Shown here: piece by piece, positions 29,914-47,272 of the stretch
Numbering within the stretch: the stretch's first letter is position 1
How the letters are laid out: each line of letters starts with the position of its first letter
DNA from: the human T2T-CHM13v2.0 reference genome, Homo sapiens
Assembly (NCBI RefSeq): GCF_009914755.1
Contig: NC_060947.1
Strand: one strand, 5' to 3'
DNA: 64,000 bases
The notes under the pieces: model-generated
The model's input: the letters and a program-made list of their open reading frames with translations, nothing else
Database searches by the model: none
Told to the model about the DNA's origin: nothing
Made by a program: the position numbers and the translations under genes

Positions 29914-31398
29914 TTTCTTAAGCTTTTCTACTATTTGAAAGGTCACGGATGCTTTGACTATGTCTTTTAGGTCTCAATGGGGTCCACTGAAGCTTGGGGA
30001 TGTGGCTCCCTCTACGAATTGTGTGTTAATAGGGCTGAGAATTTCAGTTAGATAGTACAGGTATTACTTTAAATACTCCTGACACGGAAAAATCTGACTT
30101 TATAAGATAGACTTATTCGGCATGAGTATTTAATTTCAAAAAAAGGTCACTATAGGTTTTGCTTAGGTAGTAAACTATCTCTGGTACATATACAATATGA
30201 TTTGATTTGCAAAAATTCCATTTATGCACAAGCGTTTTCAGGAATACACATATTTCCTAAGAAGACTTATATATTCAAATGTCAAAACTTTGGGCTGAGA
30301 AAACAAAAAGGCTTTAGAGAATGCTAACAGGCTTTTAATGTAAAGATTATAGCCTCAAACAAAAGTCAGGTTCTAACCTGATGTATATGGTAGAAAGGTC
30401 TCTTCCCCCTCCTTAGCTGTACCTGTATCATAATCACCATCCTTAGTGCTGTCAAGAAAAGTAATATGTCACACAGTACTTATCAATTTTATCTTTTTCT
30501 TCAGTTGAAGTTAATATATTTCTTGCCAGCTTTTCATAAGAGGTTGTCTCTTGTAAGTACCTTTAATTTTGAGCCTTCTAGAGTTTGAGGCTGCCAAAGG
30601 ACAAGGCTTGTGTACTTGTGTTGAATGCCCACTCATTTAATAAGGCCTCCCCACAATTTCCTCTAACAGGTTGACAAAACAACCAACAATTAGCTCTTCT
30701 ATAATATATGCATTTTAAGCTCAATCTGCTTGACCATGTTATTTTAACACACCAATCTATTCATCCAATGAAATAAAGATTGTGCCAGGTAGGTAGACAG
30801 AAGATTTTAAGCAAGGCATCTTTAAAGGTGGTAGATGTTGTGACAAGTTCTTTTCTCAAATGTTTAAATGCTACTATTGAATAGACCGGGCTTTCTTTTG
30901 GCTAAGTAATACAAATAATCAGCACACACCAAAGGCAAGAATGCCCAAGAGACTATAGATCTCTCAATTTTGCTTCACTGTAACAAATCCATGCTTTTTG
31001 GGGGAAGAGGCATTCTTGAATTCAGCTTATTTAATTAATCTGTGTGTTTACTACTTACATACAAGTAGAGTTGGAATTTCAGTGACATGTTCCCAAAAGA
31101 TGATTATTAGAACTGAAAATCAAAGACTACACTGAGAGAAGGTGGATCAAAGTCTACCGGGGTTAACATCCTCTATTTTTAAGATTCGAGGTAACCTTTA
31201 ACCAGAGGATCTTTGCTTCAGGAATTGAAATTTAGACTTTAGAGTGCCAAGAAGTCAATGCACATGCTAAGCTGAGAAGTGTGTCAGAGTATTTTCTTAT
31301 TCTGAACTGTGGAGGTGGCAGATTTTATTGACTCAGGCTTCTGGGCCTCAGGTAGGTTGGTATTATCCAATGCAAGAAAGCCAAGTTTTCCAAGTTCA

Positions 31399-31665
<267 letters not shown>

Positions 31666-33429
31666 TCAGTTTGGTCTAGGGGTAGTGGTGGTGGTAGGGC
31701 AAGTTGGAGGTATAATTGAATTAGCAAATAGTTAAGGGAAAAAAACACAACCTGTCAAACTCATCAAACTTTCCACTTAAGAGAGGTGAATCAGACTACA
31801 TGTAAATGATACCTTAATAAACCTGACTTACAAAAAAATTTCCCTCTACTTCCACGCTCATCAATGAACACATCTGCCCTTCTGTTTTAAAATTCAGACT
31901 TCCTTGAAATATTCATATTAATTTAACTTCAACAGCCATAGGACACAGTATACACATTTAGTCCATTTTAAAATCTGGGAAAATAAGATATACATTGAAT
32001 AGTCATTAAGGGTTCTTTCTGGTTATTTAAGATGAGGACCATACTTGGAGTTTAATCACCTGGTTCTCAGTGGGGGCTGGGGAGAAGAATTACATGCTTT
32101 ACAAGCATAGATGTTATCAGGTAAGTTTTTATTATGTAAAAGGACTAAAGGGTTATGAAATGCAATCCTCCCTAATGCATATGTAACCAGGGTATTGTAG
32201 GGAAGGTAACTGTAACAACTGATCTAAAATTATAAACCTGAAAGCACCCTAAAGAACAAATTGTAGTGTAACAATGAGCATAATTTTGGATAGAATCATT
32301 CAGTGCTACCTACTCAACCTAGCTGTTTTTTTTTTTTTGATAGAACCCTTGTAGATGAAAAGGAAGATGTCAATGTGACAGATGACCTTAGTCAAGCTTT
32401 CAGTATTATCATTAATTGAACACTGGCAGTGTCCAGAATGCATTTTTAGGAGTTATAAAGTCCCTGCTCTCAAGGGGCTTACAATCTACTTTCCAGACAG
32501 AATATATACCAGCCCTCAAGGGCCTGAATAACTCTTACAGAGACGTATAAACAAGTGTAAATTAAGATACATCAGAGTTGAGAAAATCCAGAGTCAAAAA
32601 GTGATAAAAAATGTTGAGGTTAATGACCTCTTCATAATCAACATGTCAAATTACACCAGTGCAGCAAGACCAGAAAAATCCCAGATCTTTCTGAAAATGC
32701 AAAAAGAATTCAGGGACATAAAAAGCCATTCTCCCAAATCCATATGTAACAAGGGTATTGAAATTATTGAATAGTGCTCACCCACAGAGGCATTCTTTGA
32801 CTCAAAGGACTGTTTTGTTTTGATTTCTCATCTACACAGAAAAATATTGAGTGATCATAGAGATTATAAGAATATTATAAAAATAATGACATATGATCCT
32901 TAATACAAGGATACTTGGGCCTATTCTCTCTTTCATATGCTTATCTCCTGGGTGCAGAGGGAAGATAAGCTAACTGAATAGTTTAGACGACATTTATTGA
33001 GCATCTACATGTACAGAGCACCCTATTAGCTGCTGCTGGGAGATACAGAGGAAGGCGTGATGTCTGTTCTAAAAAGGTTTCTAGCTTAAGGAGGAGGAGG
33101 GGGAGGCAACAAGACTAATGTTCTGTTCATTCATTCTTTCCCTCACTTACCACACATTTTCCTGAGCATCCACTGTGTGCCCAGCATGTAACTGTACCAG
33201 ATGCTGCAGGAATAAAGATGAATATGACACAACCCCTAGCTTCATGTAGCCCGGAAATAGAGGGAAAGACACAGACTATGTCAATAAATAATTAAAATAC
33301 AACGACAAATGAAGTGTCAGAAATGGCACAGAGTAGGGAATAATCAACTTTTCCTGAGGATTTTAAAAAGGCTCTACAGACGTAACTCTTGACTTAGGTC
33401 CTAAAAGATGAGAACTACACTGAGCCAAC

Positions 33430-34077
33430 TCTCAAGATGGCTAAAATGAAAAATGGTAACAACGATTCCTGGTAAGGATGTGGAGAAACTAGATCACAAA
33501 CATATCTTGCTGGTGGGAACGTAAAATGGTGTAGCCACTCTGGAAAATAGTTTGGCAGTTCCTGTTAAGACTAAAAATAGACTTACCATATGACCTAGTA
33601 ATTGTACTCTTGGGCAATGTATTTCAGATAATTTAAGACTTATTTTTGTGTAGGAACTTGTACATGAATGTTCGTAGCAGCTCAATTTGTAATAGCCAAA
33701 CATTGGAAACAACCCAGATGTATTTCAACAGATAAATGGTTAAACAAACTGGTACAACCATGCCACTGGAATATTGCTCATTAATAAAAAGGAGCAAACT
33801 ATTGATACATGCAAAAAATCTGGGTGGCTCTCAAGGGAATTGTGCTGGGTCAAGAAGGCCAATCTCAAAAGATTATCTGCTGCATGAGCCCATTCATATT
33901 ACATTTGCAAAATAATAATTACAGAGGTGGAGAATAGATTAGTTGGTTGCCAGGGGTTAGGGATGGATGTAGCTATAAAGGCGTAGCATGAGGGAACCTT
34001 GTGGTGATGGTACTGATCTGTATCTTGATTGTGGTTGTAGTTATGCAAGGCTACATGTGTGATAAAATTGCATAGAG

Positions 34078-34117
<40 letters not shown>

Positions 34118-34320
34118 ATATATAGCTGGTGAAATCTAAATAAGCTCTATGGCTTGTACCAATGTCCAATATCAACTTCTTCATTTTGATGCCGTAATAT
34201 AATTGTATAAGATGTCAACATTGGGGGAGGCTGGAAGAAGGGTACATGGGACTTCCCTGTACATTTTTTTGCAACCTTCTGTGAATCTGTGATTATTGTG
34301 CAATAAAAGTTTTTTTAAAA
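33430..34320 (+). mobile_element. Old L1M 3' fragment with (CA)n at ~34079-34113
   Basis: ORF2 C-terminal and 3'UTR-like sequence (aaaatggtgtagccactctggaaaatagtttggcagtt) ending in aataaaa. Confidence 0.75.
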
Positions 34321-36089
34321 GTATAGAAATTTATAGGTATGTAGGGTGACGATAGGGAAGTTGGAGGCAGAGATGATTGTGGGGTTACTGGTAGGGGACT
34401 AAGTCCGGAGAAGGAAGTATGCATGCAGAAACATGAAGGCTTGACAGCGGGAGTGGTGGGATGAGGCTAGAGAGGTAAACGTGGGCTATATATGCCCGGC
34501 AGGCTAATGAGTTTGGACTTTTGCTTAAAGGGTACAAAATGTCTCAAACATTGTGTGGGTGCATGTGTGCATCTGTGTGTGTGTGCTTTGAAGGCATAAT
34601 TAGATTTCCATTTTAAAGATACTCAAGCTCTATTGTAGGATACCCTGAAGGTTGATGAGGGCTTTTGCAACCATCCAGGCCAGTGACAGCAAGGATAAGG
34701 AGGAAGAGATAGATTTGGGAGAAATTTATATGGTAGAATTGATCGGGTAATACAGAGTGACACACAAGAAAAGCATATACATATAACATTTATGAGTGTT
34801 TGGTATTTAGGAGAGAGGAAAGGATAAAGGCAGGCAGGTGTTTCTGGAGTAGTTGTTTTGATTATAGCCAGGTAGGGAAAATGAGTCCTCAAGGAGTTCT
34901 GATAAAGAGGGCTCTGGATGGGTATTGAAAAGGTTGATAAGAAGCTTTCAGAAAGGTAGGGCATCTTGTACATAGTGCAAACTTCAAAGCAACTGAAGTA
35001 AGGGCAGCTTACAGAGGGCTGGATTGTGAACACTTTTAAATTCAAGACTGGAAGTTTTCATTTGATTTGACAGTCAAATGGAAACCATTGGAGAAGTAAG
35101 AGGTAAGTACTAATGTTGCTGAAAAATTATGCTTAGGAACTTAGCTTTTTGCTCTTGCATGTAGGGTCAACGTGACGAAGTCAACCCCACAGGGGTTGGC
35201 AAAAAGGGTATTGAAGCATTCTAGTCATGATGGCAGCAGGAAGCAAGGTAAGGTAAATTTGGAAAAACATTGGGAGGGCTAATTGACAGAGTAGGAGTGG
35301 AGCATCAAAGAAGAAAACACTGTGCCAATTCCTCCAGAATTCCCAGGACGGAAAAAAAAATTGGAATATTATTTTTCCTATTGCCACTTCCAAATCTAAC
35401 ATTCTTTCCTCTCATCAATCGCTCCCTCTTTTGAGTCAATGTCATTTGATAATATTACTCAAATACTATGAAAGTTCTTATCTTTCACCTCCCTTGGGGG
35501 TTTTAGCACCTCGTTCACAATTTTTCTCATTCTGCCTTTCCTTGTCATCATTTTCTGCAGTTCAATATTCATTCCCTCACTCAAACCTTGATTCAAATAC
35601 TAGAGACACAGAAATAAGCAATACTCAGGAAGCTTCTGGTCCACTAGGGGAGGAAAACAGGAAAACAAGTAACTGTGATAAGTGCTATAATATTCATTCA
35701 TTCATTCATTTCATTCATTCATTCATTCAACAAATGTTAATTGAATGCCTGTTATAGGTACTACGTTGGGCAATGGGTTCACAGTATTGAACAAGAGACC
35801 TATTTTTTCCCCCTGCCTGTTCTAACTCTCTAACATCAGAGTTCCTTTATCTTTTCAACAATAGTGATGTCCACCTGCACTCTACTTTATTCCTTGTCAT
35901 AGACACACTTTGGGGCCTGATAAAGAAGCACTTGGAATTGCTCTTCTTCTAAGGCCCTGAACTCTGAACTAGTTTCTCCATCTACAATTTTCTATCTTTC
36001 CAATTCCTATTGTATTTGGTCTTTATTCTTACTGTAACTCCTATTCCCTAGTTTTTTTTTTCCTATTTTCAAAGTACACCATCCTATAA

Positions 36090-36411
<322 letters not shown>

Positions 36412-36769
36412 TAGTCATTTTGAAAACTTACTTTAGCACCCTAGTTCCCTCACACCTTTGCCATTTTTGCCTTGTCAGTCCTTAAACCCTTGGATGAACC
36501 ACACCATCAGAATTTTCTCTCTGTTCTGCTGGAGGAAGCTGAGAAATCAAGTGAATTGCTTCCATTAGAGTTTATGCTTATAACTTCAATTCAACAAATT
36601 CTACAAACATTAATTGAGTGATTAATATGGGCCACACACTCTCTACAGCTTGGCCACGTTTCACTTTACCTCCAAGTGATGAAGAATTACATTTCTTACA
36701 GCAGCTAGTCTAATTTTTGAAAAATACAAATATAATGAGAGGACATTCTTGATATAAAAAATTAAACAT

Positions 36770-37126
<357 letters not shown>

Positions 37127-37749
37127 CTATCAAATAAAAGTGAAAAATCTCCCTATTTCCATCTCAACTTCCACCCCAGAGGTAACTGCTGATTCATAGT
37201 TTGTTGTGTATCTTTCTAGATCAAACTTTTTCTGTCTCATACTGGACGGAACTGGTTGAAGCTATGTGTAATGAGTGCCTTTACCTCTTTTCTCTACCTG
37301 AAAATGTCCTCCATCATATTTCTTCTACCTTTCCAGCTTAATTTATCCCTGTGAGCACTAAATCCTCTTTTGTTGCTTTAAGGGTCATGTATCACCAATG
37401 AGCTCTTTTCTTACATCTTCAGTCCCTGAATTCCTGCTGATTCAGTTCCTGTAGGTTATAAGTTAAAAGTCGCCCATCTATCCCTCCCTTTCTTCTCAGC
37501 ATTGTCCAACTTATCCACATACTGGCCGCCTATACATACTTCTTGCAATCCAGGATCTGATCTTACTGCTCTCCTGAAATTGCTCTCTTAAAGGTAGAGA
37601 GACCTCTCGATTACCATATCCAAAAGCCTTTTCTCTGTTATCTTTTTCAAACTTCTTAGAAGCAACTGACAGTTGATTCTACTAAAAAATCTGCAGCTGG
37701 TTATCAGGGGCTACAGTTCCAGGAAAAAAATATTTTAAAAGTAATTTTA

Positions 37750-39620
<1,871 letters not shown>

Positions 39621-40299
39621 TGATTTACAGCTCCATTTTGACTATGCTAAACCTGTCATCTTACCTCTTCTATTCCCTGACTCTGTTAATGATATCCATC
39701 TTTTCAGTCACCCATGTTCAAAACTGAGGAATTTGAAAGTCACCCTTTCAGATTCCTCCCTTTTCCTGTTCCTTTCCAATTACCAGTCTTCCACCAATCT
39801 CTCTCCTATTCCTTCCTCTCCACTTCCACTGCAGTACTCTAATCTAGCCCTTATGACCACCTTCATGGATTACACCAATAGCTTCCTAATCAGTTTCCCT
39901 GCCTCAAGTCTCTTCCCTCTCCAATCCTTCACACACAAAACCATCAAATTAATTTTCCTTAGGGATATAGTTTTGATAAAGTTACTTCTTAATTCAAAAA
40001 CCTTTAATGTCCCTCCATTGTCTTTAGAGAACACTTAATATTCTTAGGCTATGATCCAAAGTGCTTTGTAATCTGACTATGGCCTACCTTTAAAATCTTA
40101 TTTTCCAATAACACCTTAACCTATATTATTCTATAGGCAAACTGAACTCTCCATTGTTCACCTCACTCACCTCGTATTTTCTTGCAAGTATGCCTTTTGT
40201 CGTGTACTTACTTGTGCCTGAAAGTTACCTTTCTACATGTCTACATCACAGCCATTCTTTAAAGGCTAGCTTAAATTTTATCTCCTCCATGAATGAGAA

Positions 40300-40565
40300 T
40301 GATAATAATGATGACAACAGCTAACATTTATTGAGAACTTTATTCAGAATAGAGCACTGTTCTATGTATTTTACATGTCTTAACTCATTTGACCCTCATA
40401 ATAATTCATAACAGGTATTATTTTTAATCCTATTTTACAGATGGGGAAACTGCCATACAGAGAGGTTAAGAAATCTGTACAAAATCACACAGCTATTAAG
40501 TGGCAGAGCTGGTTTTTGAACCCAGGCATCCAGGCACCAGAGTTTTTGCTCTAAACCACTACAGT
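40300..40565 (-). mobile_element. MIR SINE
   Basis: acagctaacatttattgag…attttacagatggggaaactg…agagaggttaag…tttgaacccaggca. Confidence 0.8.
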
Positions 40566-41601
40566 ATATCTGCTTCCATGACTTACTGAGCTCCTATGCA
40601 TCAGATACTATGTCAGCCACTTTACCCACATTATGTCAATATAACAGCAGATGCTGTTGCCAAAACTTTACTGGGAAGAGTGTTAATCTTCCCAAGCAAG
40701 CTTTGATCTTATGATTCCCTCATTCTAAAACCTTCAGTGGCTCCCAAAATGTTTACAGAATATGGTACAAATTTTCATAGCTAAGAATTCCAGCTCTTCC
40801 GTGATGTGGTTCCCACCCAGGTTTCCAATCTTCTTTGCAACTTCTCCTCCATGCACTTTACAGTCCAGCCAAACTAAAACCACTGCTATTCTTTGTACAT
40901 AGCTCAGTCTCTCCCAACTTTGATCTTGCTGTACCCTGTGTGTAGAACATCCTTCCCTACAATCTCTGTATATTCAAACTTGACCCAGATTTTATAAACA
41001 CTCATATACATTCACACACTTTGTAAAGATAGAGTAATTAGCTACCCTTTAGAAACCAGATCAAATGTTACCTCCTCAATTACGCCTTTTTCTGAAGTAT
41101 TTTCTCTCTTTGAATACCCACAGCATTCTATCTCTTATGGTTCTTACAATTTTCTATGTTTTATTTATTTAAATGTGTGTGAATATGAAAATCAATCTCT
41201 ATTTATTTATCTAACATTTAAAAATTTCCACTAACTTCCTCGAGGGTAGAATCAATACTTTATACATAGTAGGCATTCAATAAATAGTCATTAAATGAAT
41301 ACATGAATGAAATGTCACTCCAGATTGCTTTTGGGAAAGTTTCCCTAACCACTGTAACAGTACTGTTTGCTACACTGCAAATCATTAATTTTTCGTTTTG
41401 TGAAAGTATAAAATCTCTTATCCAGAAAGGAGGGGGAGGACAGGCATCTCTTTATACTACATTAGTAACTTCCCTATAAACATACAAGATATTCATTTAA
41501 AATGCAGTTTTCTTGATGAGAAACCTGATCCTTCAGTATTCAGCAGTCTAGTTTTCAGACAAGGCTATGCAAATGGGGAAGACAAGCTGCGGCAGCTGCT
41601 T

Positions 41602-41635
41602 CTACAGGCCTGGATTTGGGGCAGGAGGTTCGTAC
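41602..41635 (-). CDS. HDAC8: HDAC8 alternative terminal exon, coding part (RYEPPAPNPGL*)
   Basis: Acceptor ttttatcctcctcag|GTACGAACC. Joined to exon 7 (ends AG) it reads AGG TAC GAA CCT CCT GCC CCA AAT CCA GGC CTG TAG. Matches my recollection of an annotated short isoform C-terminus. Sense AATAAA hexamers lie at 41160-41207. Confidence 0.8.
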
Positions 41636-44600
41636 CTGAGGAGGATAAAAGCCAGAGTGGTGACATTAATGATGCTTTTGGATAAAAGAAAAGCCCAAGA
41701 ACAAAATCGTAGAGTTACTCCCTTTTCTTTGATTCCATCAGGGTAGAACACAGCTTCTACTGTGTGCCTTTGAGATCTTTCACTGGTGCTTCTTTACCTT
41801 TAATATCAGGGGCTGAACATGTTTTGTGGTTTTTTTGTTATTTAGATAATCAATATCCTAAAAGATTCATCTCAGGGCAATGGGATGCCAGAGCAATGGT
41901 GTTATAGTCACCCTTAACCGATACTGGTGGTGGGGTCTGGTAACCCTAACTTGTCCCTCTAGCAAGACCTCTGATGGGTTCATGCTCCCAGAAGGTTTAG
42001 TCTCCTGACTTTCTAGATTGCGCACCAGTCTAAACCAGCCTTGTCATCTTCATGCTTTCCAACAGACACTCTCAGCACCCTCTAGAGACTCCCTCAATAG
42101 AGATTAAAGAATGAGAAATTCAAAGTTGAAAAACCAAGAAGGGTAGGATGCAGAAGGAGAGAAGAGAAAAATATTTGCTACTAACGCTTTGAATTCTCAA
42201 TGTCAGCCTGAGAAAAGTTATTGCCAGCAGCAAAACCCCTTTCTAAGACATAAATTTTAAACCTATTGCATTTGATGGGATTGAGAGGCAGACTGTGTTA
42301 AGGACCCAAAGTATTACTAGTCAGTCCCAAATGGGAGCCGTTCAACTTTCCATAGGTATGTTTTCTCTAAATTCTCTCAATCCTATCTGAGCTCAGGTAC
42401 TGCTGACTCATTCTGCAACAACTCAACCTGCCAGGGGATGCAGCATATGGTAAATGCCTCAGTGACTTCTGAATATCTATTACAAATGGTTCAGGGATGC
42501 AGGGATTTGGGAGGAGGGAGGCTGCCTTGCAGTGAGCATGATGTGTCATTTTGTTGGAGAACATGGGTGCCTCTTGGACATATTCAGAAGACATTTAATT
42601 TTCTGTAAGTTTCTTTTTCTGCTTTTAGCATCAAACAAGCTGTACTGGTTCCATGAACTTCTAAAAACATGAAAGAAAAAAAAACAAATCCATAAAATAA
42701 AAGACAAACCTTAAACTCCCAAACCAACCAACCAACCAAACAACCAACCAACCAGCAAACAACCTCATATCCCTTTCGCTGTTTTAATTTTCGTAACGTA
42801 ATTTCTTAACGTTTTAAAGGGGCATCTTTTCTCTCACTGCTGAGTCTATTATATAGAAACATAGATTCTAACGGGCATTCTAACACGCCTTGTAGTAGGT
42901 AATTCTACTCATCAATTACGTGTCACCTTGGCAACAGAAAGGGCTGCATACTATTTTTAACATATTATTACTTATCTCTCACTATACCTTTTAGAAGTAA
43001 ACCATTCTCATTCACACAACGGAAAGTGAGTCATCCAGAATTAAAGTCATCCAGTGTTTTCATGGCACCTTACCAGTGGCCTGAAGTGAATCGTCAGAGC
43101 TAGAATTAGAACACTAATTCTAATTCGAATGCAATGCTCTTGTTACTAAATCCCAATGGTCTTTGGCTATCTTCATTCTGAGAGGCCAGAGGACCTAGCA
43201 AGCAGAGTGTACATTATCTGGGCAGGGGGTAGGGTGGGCAAAGTGGTAGGCTGGTTTGGAGAGCTAAGCTGAAAAACAAAAAATGGAAGAAGACCTAAAG
43301 AATATGAATCCTAAGGCTATCTGTGCTATTTGATCTGGGGTATGTCATTTAACTGCTCTGTAACTACCAGGACTGCTCATAGTGTAGACTGCATTCTGCT
43401 CTGTGTCACATCATTTGACCAAATGTCTCATCTGTCCCCCTTTGCAACCCCTACAGCACTCAGTTCAGGGAGAATGCTGAATTTGGAGTCAGATAAGGTT
43501 GGATTCAGTGTTTGTATAGCAACTTGGACAAATCACTTCCCTGAACCTCAGTTTCCTTCTCTGTAAAACAATAATATTCTCTCCCTCACAGGGTTATTGT
43601 GAGGATTAAATGATATAACATTTGTGAAAGTCTTCTCCCAGCATCAGGCATATAGTAAGCACTCCATAACATTGAATGAATAAATGAATGGCCTCAAGTC
43701 AGGCCCTTTGAGTGCTATGTTAATTCTTTCAGCCCACTAGGATACTGGTGAGTTCAGCACAGCACACCAGAGCAGTGACTTCCTGAATAGTATTCTAATG
43801 GTCCCCAAAGGCAGAGAGAAATTTCATCGTGTCACTGCCCGGTTATACCTGTTCTGGGAATACAGTAATTCATTTTCCAGTGCTGTCAATCTATTACCTT
43901 TCACCAAACACAAAATTCGCTTTAAGAAGGGACAGAAACACAAGTGCCTTTCTGTTATATAGAGGTTGGGAGAATATATTATTAAAATTGAAACCGACTT
44001 CTCTGATTTCTTAGGCAAAAAATCAGATTGGAAGCCAAACAGCTATTTGGCCTTTGCAGACCCTGGATAGCGATGCCCTTGGGGGAAAGGGGAGTGTTGG
44101 AGTCATTCCAAACTATAGTTAGAACATTTACGTGTATATTTACTGCTTGTGCTTATGCTCTCTGCCTTAGTTTTTACTCTCTAAGCCTTGAAGAATTCAC
44201 AATTTACCTAGAGCACAGTTTAATACATACGGGTGGGAATAAAGGCCTATATCTCTGTTTCTCATTTCCTAATCACATTTTCTACCTTCCTTATATAACT
44301 GATACCTCTTCTTTTCCAATTCAATTGCTCACTTTTCAAGCTTAGGTGAACAATAGTGATTTGTTAACAATAAACATGCTCCTAGCCCTTCCCTCACTCT
44401 TCTTTACCCCTGAGGGCCTCCCTAAGATTCAAAGCCGAAATTCTGCCATATAGTTAGCACCTGGTGCAGCTCATCAAAATATAATATCCTTTCCCAGATG
44501 ATTGGAAATCTCTGCAATGCCGTCATACAATGAGGTGTGCAAGAAAGAGTTTGGGGATTGATTTTCATCATTAACTTGACATTGCATGGTTTTTGTGGGA

Positions 44601-45561
44601 CTTAAAAAGAAATGCATTTTTATTACTTTTAAGTACTGCACATAGAATAACTCCAACTCATCATATTTTAACAGTTATTTTTCTAGGGCAGGATGTATGT
44701 TAAACATGCCTATGTTAGAGTGTCTGGTGGATCATTTAGGATCAGTGTCCTGTTGCTTGATGAAATCCAGATCACTTCAATGAAATCCAGATGGGGAAAC
44801 TGGATCTCTGGCAATGGCTGCCAGATCTTCTCCATATGAAATCTCTCTAGTCTGTATGCAAATTCAAAACTCCATGTCCTGGAAATCCCAAACCAATCAA
44901 GTGGCGCTCCGCTTCTTAGTTACTGGACTAAACACAGGGAAGCGATTCATTCTTCCCTGAGGAAATAAGCATTTCTTACATACATCTATCTTGGCACAAA
45001 AAGGGCTGGCTAAGCAAATTAATAGTGTAAACAGGACTGCACGGGGGAATGTTTGTCCTACTTAGGAGAATAAACTTTTTATGCACTTTGTGCATATCCA
45101 CTTACATACAAATAATTGATATGCTAATTACAAATGATTCTTAAAGCCCCTTCCCTGAGGTGCTGTACTATGCTGTTAGTCTAGTTTGAATTACTAGCAT
45201 GTCCAGTGCTTGAAAGTAATAAAAATGCATTTAAAAATATCCCATGATTCAGACTGGCTTTCCTCTAATTAGGCTGAGTTAGTGAGGCTTGCCTGTATTT
45301 AAATAGGATAGATATTTTTCCACTTCACCCCTAACACGTTTAAGATGGTCTCCCTCCCCTCTCTATTCCTCCATCCCCCTCAACACGGAGCTGGCGCACA
45401 CAAACCCCTTAGCTTCTGGCTCACTATGCAATGGCACTTGCATCACCTCCAGGCAAACACATTGCTTTTAGCCCCTGGCACACACACGTGCCCTTTTGCT
45501 TATTAACTTGTTAGCTGGTTATTTGATATAGCTTTTTTTGAGGAGTTCTTTCCTTTAGTCC

Positions 45562-45862
45562 TTTTTTTTTTTTTTTTTTGACGGAGTCTTGCTCTGTTAC
45601 CTAGGCTGGAGTGCAGTGGCGTGATCTCGGCTCACTGTAACCTCCGCCTCCTGGGTTTTCAAGCGATTCAATCTGCCTCAGCCTCCCAAGTAGCTGGGAC
45701 TACAGGCACGCACCACCAAGCCCAGCTAATTTTTGTATTTTTAGTAGAGACGGGGTTTCACCAGATTGGCCAGGCTGGTTTTGAACTCCTGACTTCAAGT
45801 GATCTGCCCGCCTCAGCCTCCCAAAATGCTGGGATTACCGGTGTGAGCCACTGTGCTCGGCC
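45562..45862 (-). mobile_element. AluS
   Basis: Poly-T plus reverse Alu dimer; TSD-like cctttagt on both sides. Confidence 0.92.
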
Positions 45863-47272
45863 CTTTAGTTCTTCTTTAAGTACCAATGGACATGGCTCTT
45901 TCCTGGTAGTACAATGGGTTAACAGTGCACACAGAGCAAAGTCCAGCCAACGTAACATCAGGCTTTTTCATCAGGTGCTGGACACTGGGTTTAACTAAAT
46001 CTCTGTATAGTCCTTGTCAACACATCCCAACGAGGCAGCTCATCAGTCTCGGCAGCTGCTAGGTGTATGGCAATGTCAGGCACAGTCGTTCAAAGCCATA
46101 ACATGTCGAAGCAAAACGTAAACAGTAGTTTTTCTAGGCTACACTGAAGGGACAGAGCAGTGACTAAAGAATGTGGGAGAGAGAGGATTAGGGCAGAGGT
46201 TAGTGGGGTGCATGGTGGAGAGCAGCTGAGAGGAATAATATGAATTTTGATGTTAGAATATCCTATGAAGCCCAGATTATAGTCAAGTCTGGGGTTCTTT
46301 TCAGAGCAGAGTTATGTTAAAGGGTGTAATTTTCAAGATTTCCATTTAGGAGCAAGGTCTTCCTGTCTCTGGAGAGCTTCAGAACATGTTCTAGCATCAG
46401 AACTTATTCAACTGCTGCCAAAGAATCAGGTCACTTGCTCCAGGAGGCAGGGATCAGTCAGCATAACAAGAGACCAGAGAAGAGGCACATCAGAGAAACA
46501 GCACAAACCTACAGAATTCCAGAAGACTGTCTTCCTTGATACAAATGAAACAATATACCTATGAAGACTTGTTTACTCAGGGTGGGAGGGACTGTCATGA
46601 TGGCAGGGCTACTTCGTGCAGTTCAGCAAACAGTCATAAAAGACATCAGTTGAGAGAGGAAGGAGAATATAAGAACTGTCCCTCTAACCACCTGGATTTA
46701 AAGCCCTAAGGATTAGGTGAGAGAAAACACCGGTTCGCCACTGCAACCCTAAACAAATCCTGAGGACAGGCAGGGTGAGTTCACTGACTGAGGTTTCAGG
46801 ATAACTCAGTGAAGCACAGTATCTCCCTCTTCCTAATTATCCTACATTCTGACACACTTAGTGCCTCTTGAATTTAATATTTTAAAAGACACATCAAAGT
46901 AGGAACAATAAATGAATGGCTCACTTTGGCCTCATTTCCACCTGTGGCTAATATTAACAGTAACTTTAATTAGTGTCTGAGTCATCCATTTTCCAGAACA
47001 ACAGGTAATTTTACATCTGCCATACCCCGGAGAGGCAGGATAAAAGTTTATTAAATAGAACAAAAGCATTTAACACAAATACCTTACTTACAGAGGGCTG
47101 AGTTCAAAGTGCAAGGCTTATAGAATGAATTAGCAGCTTCTGTTACCTTAATCACTGGGCGACAGTGAGCTAGTGATTATCAAGGTAGTGTAGCTGTGAC
47201 CCAACTGAAGAGAGGTAGAATAAGTTTGTAAAGAATTTTTTATCAGTTCTTAGATTGTAATGAAATGGGGAA

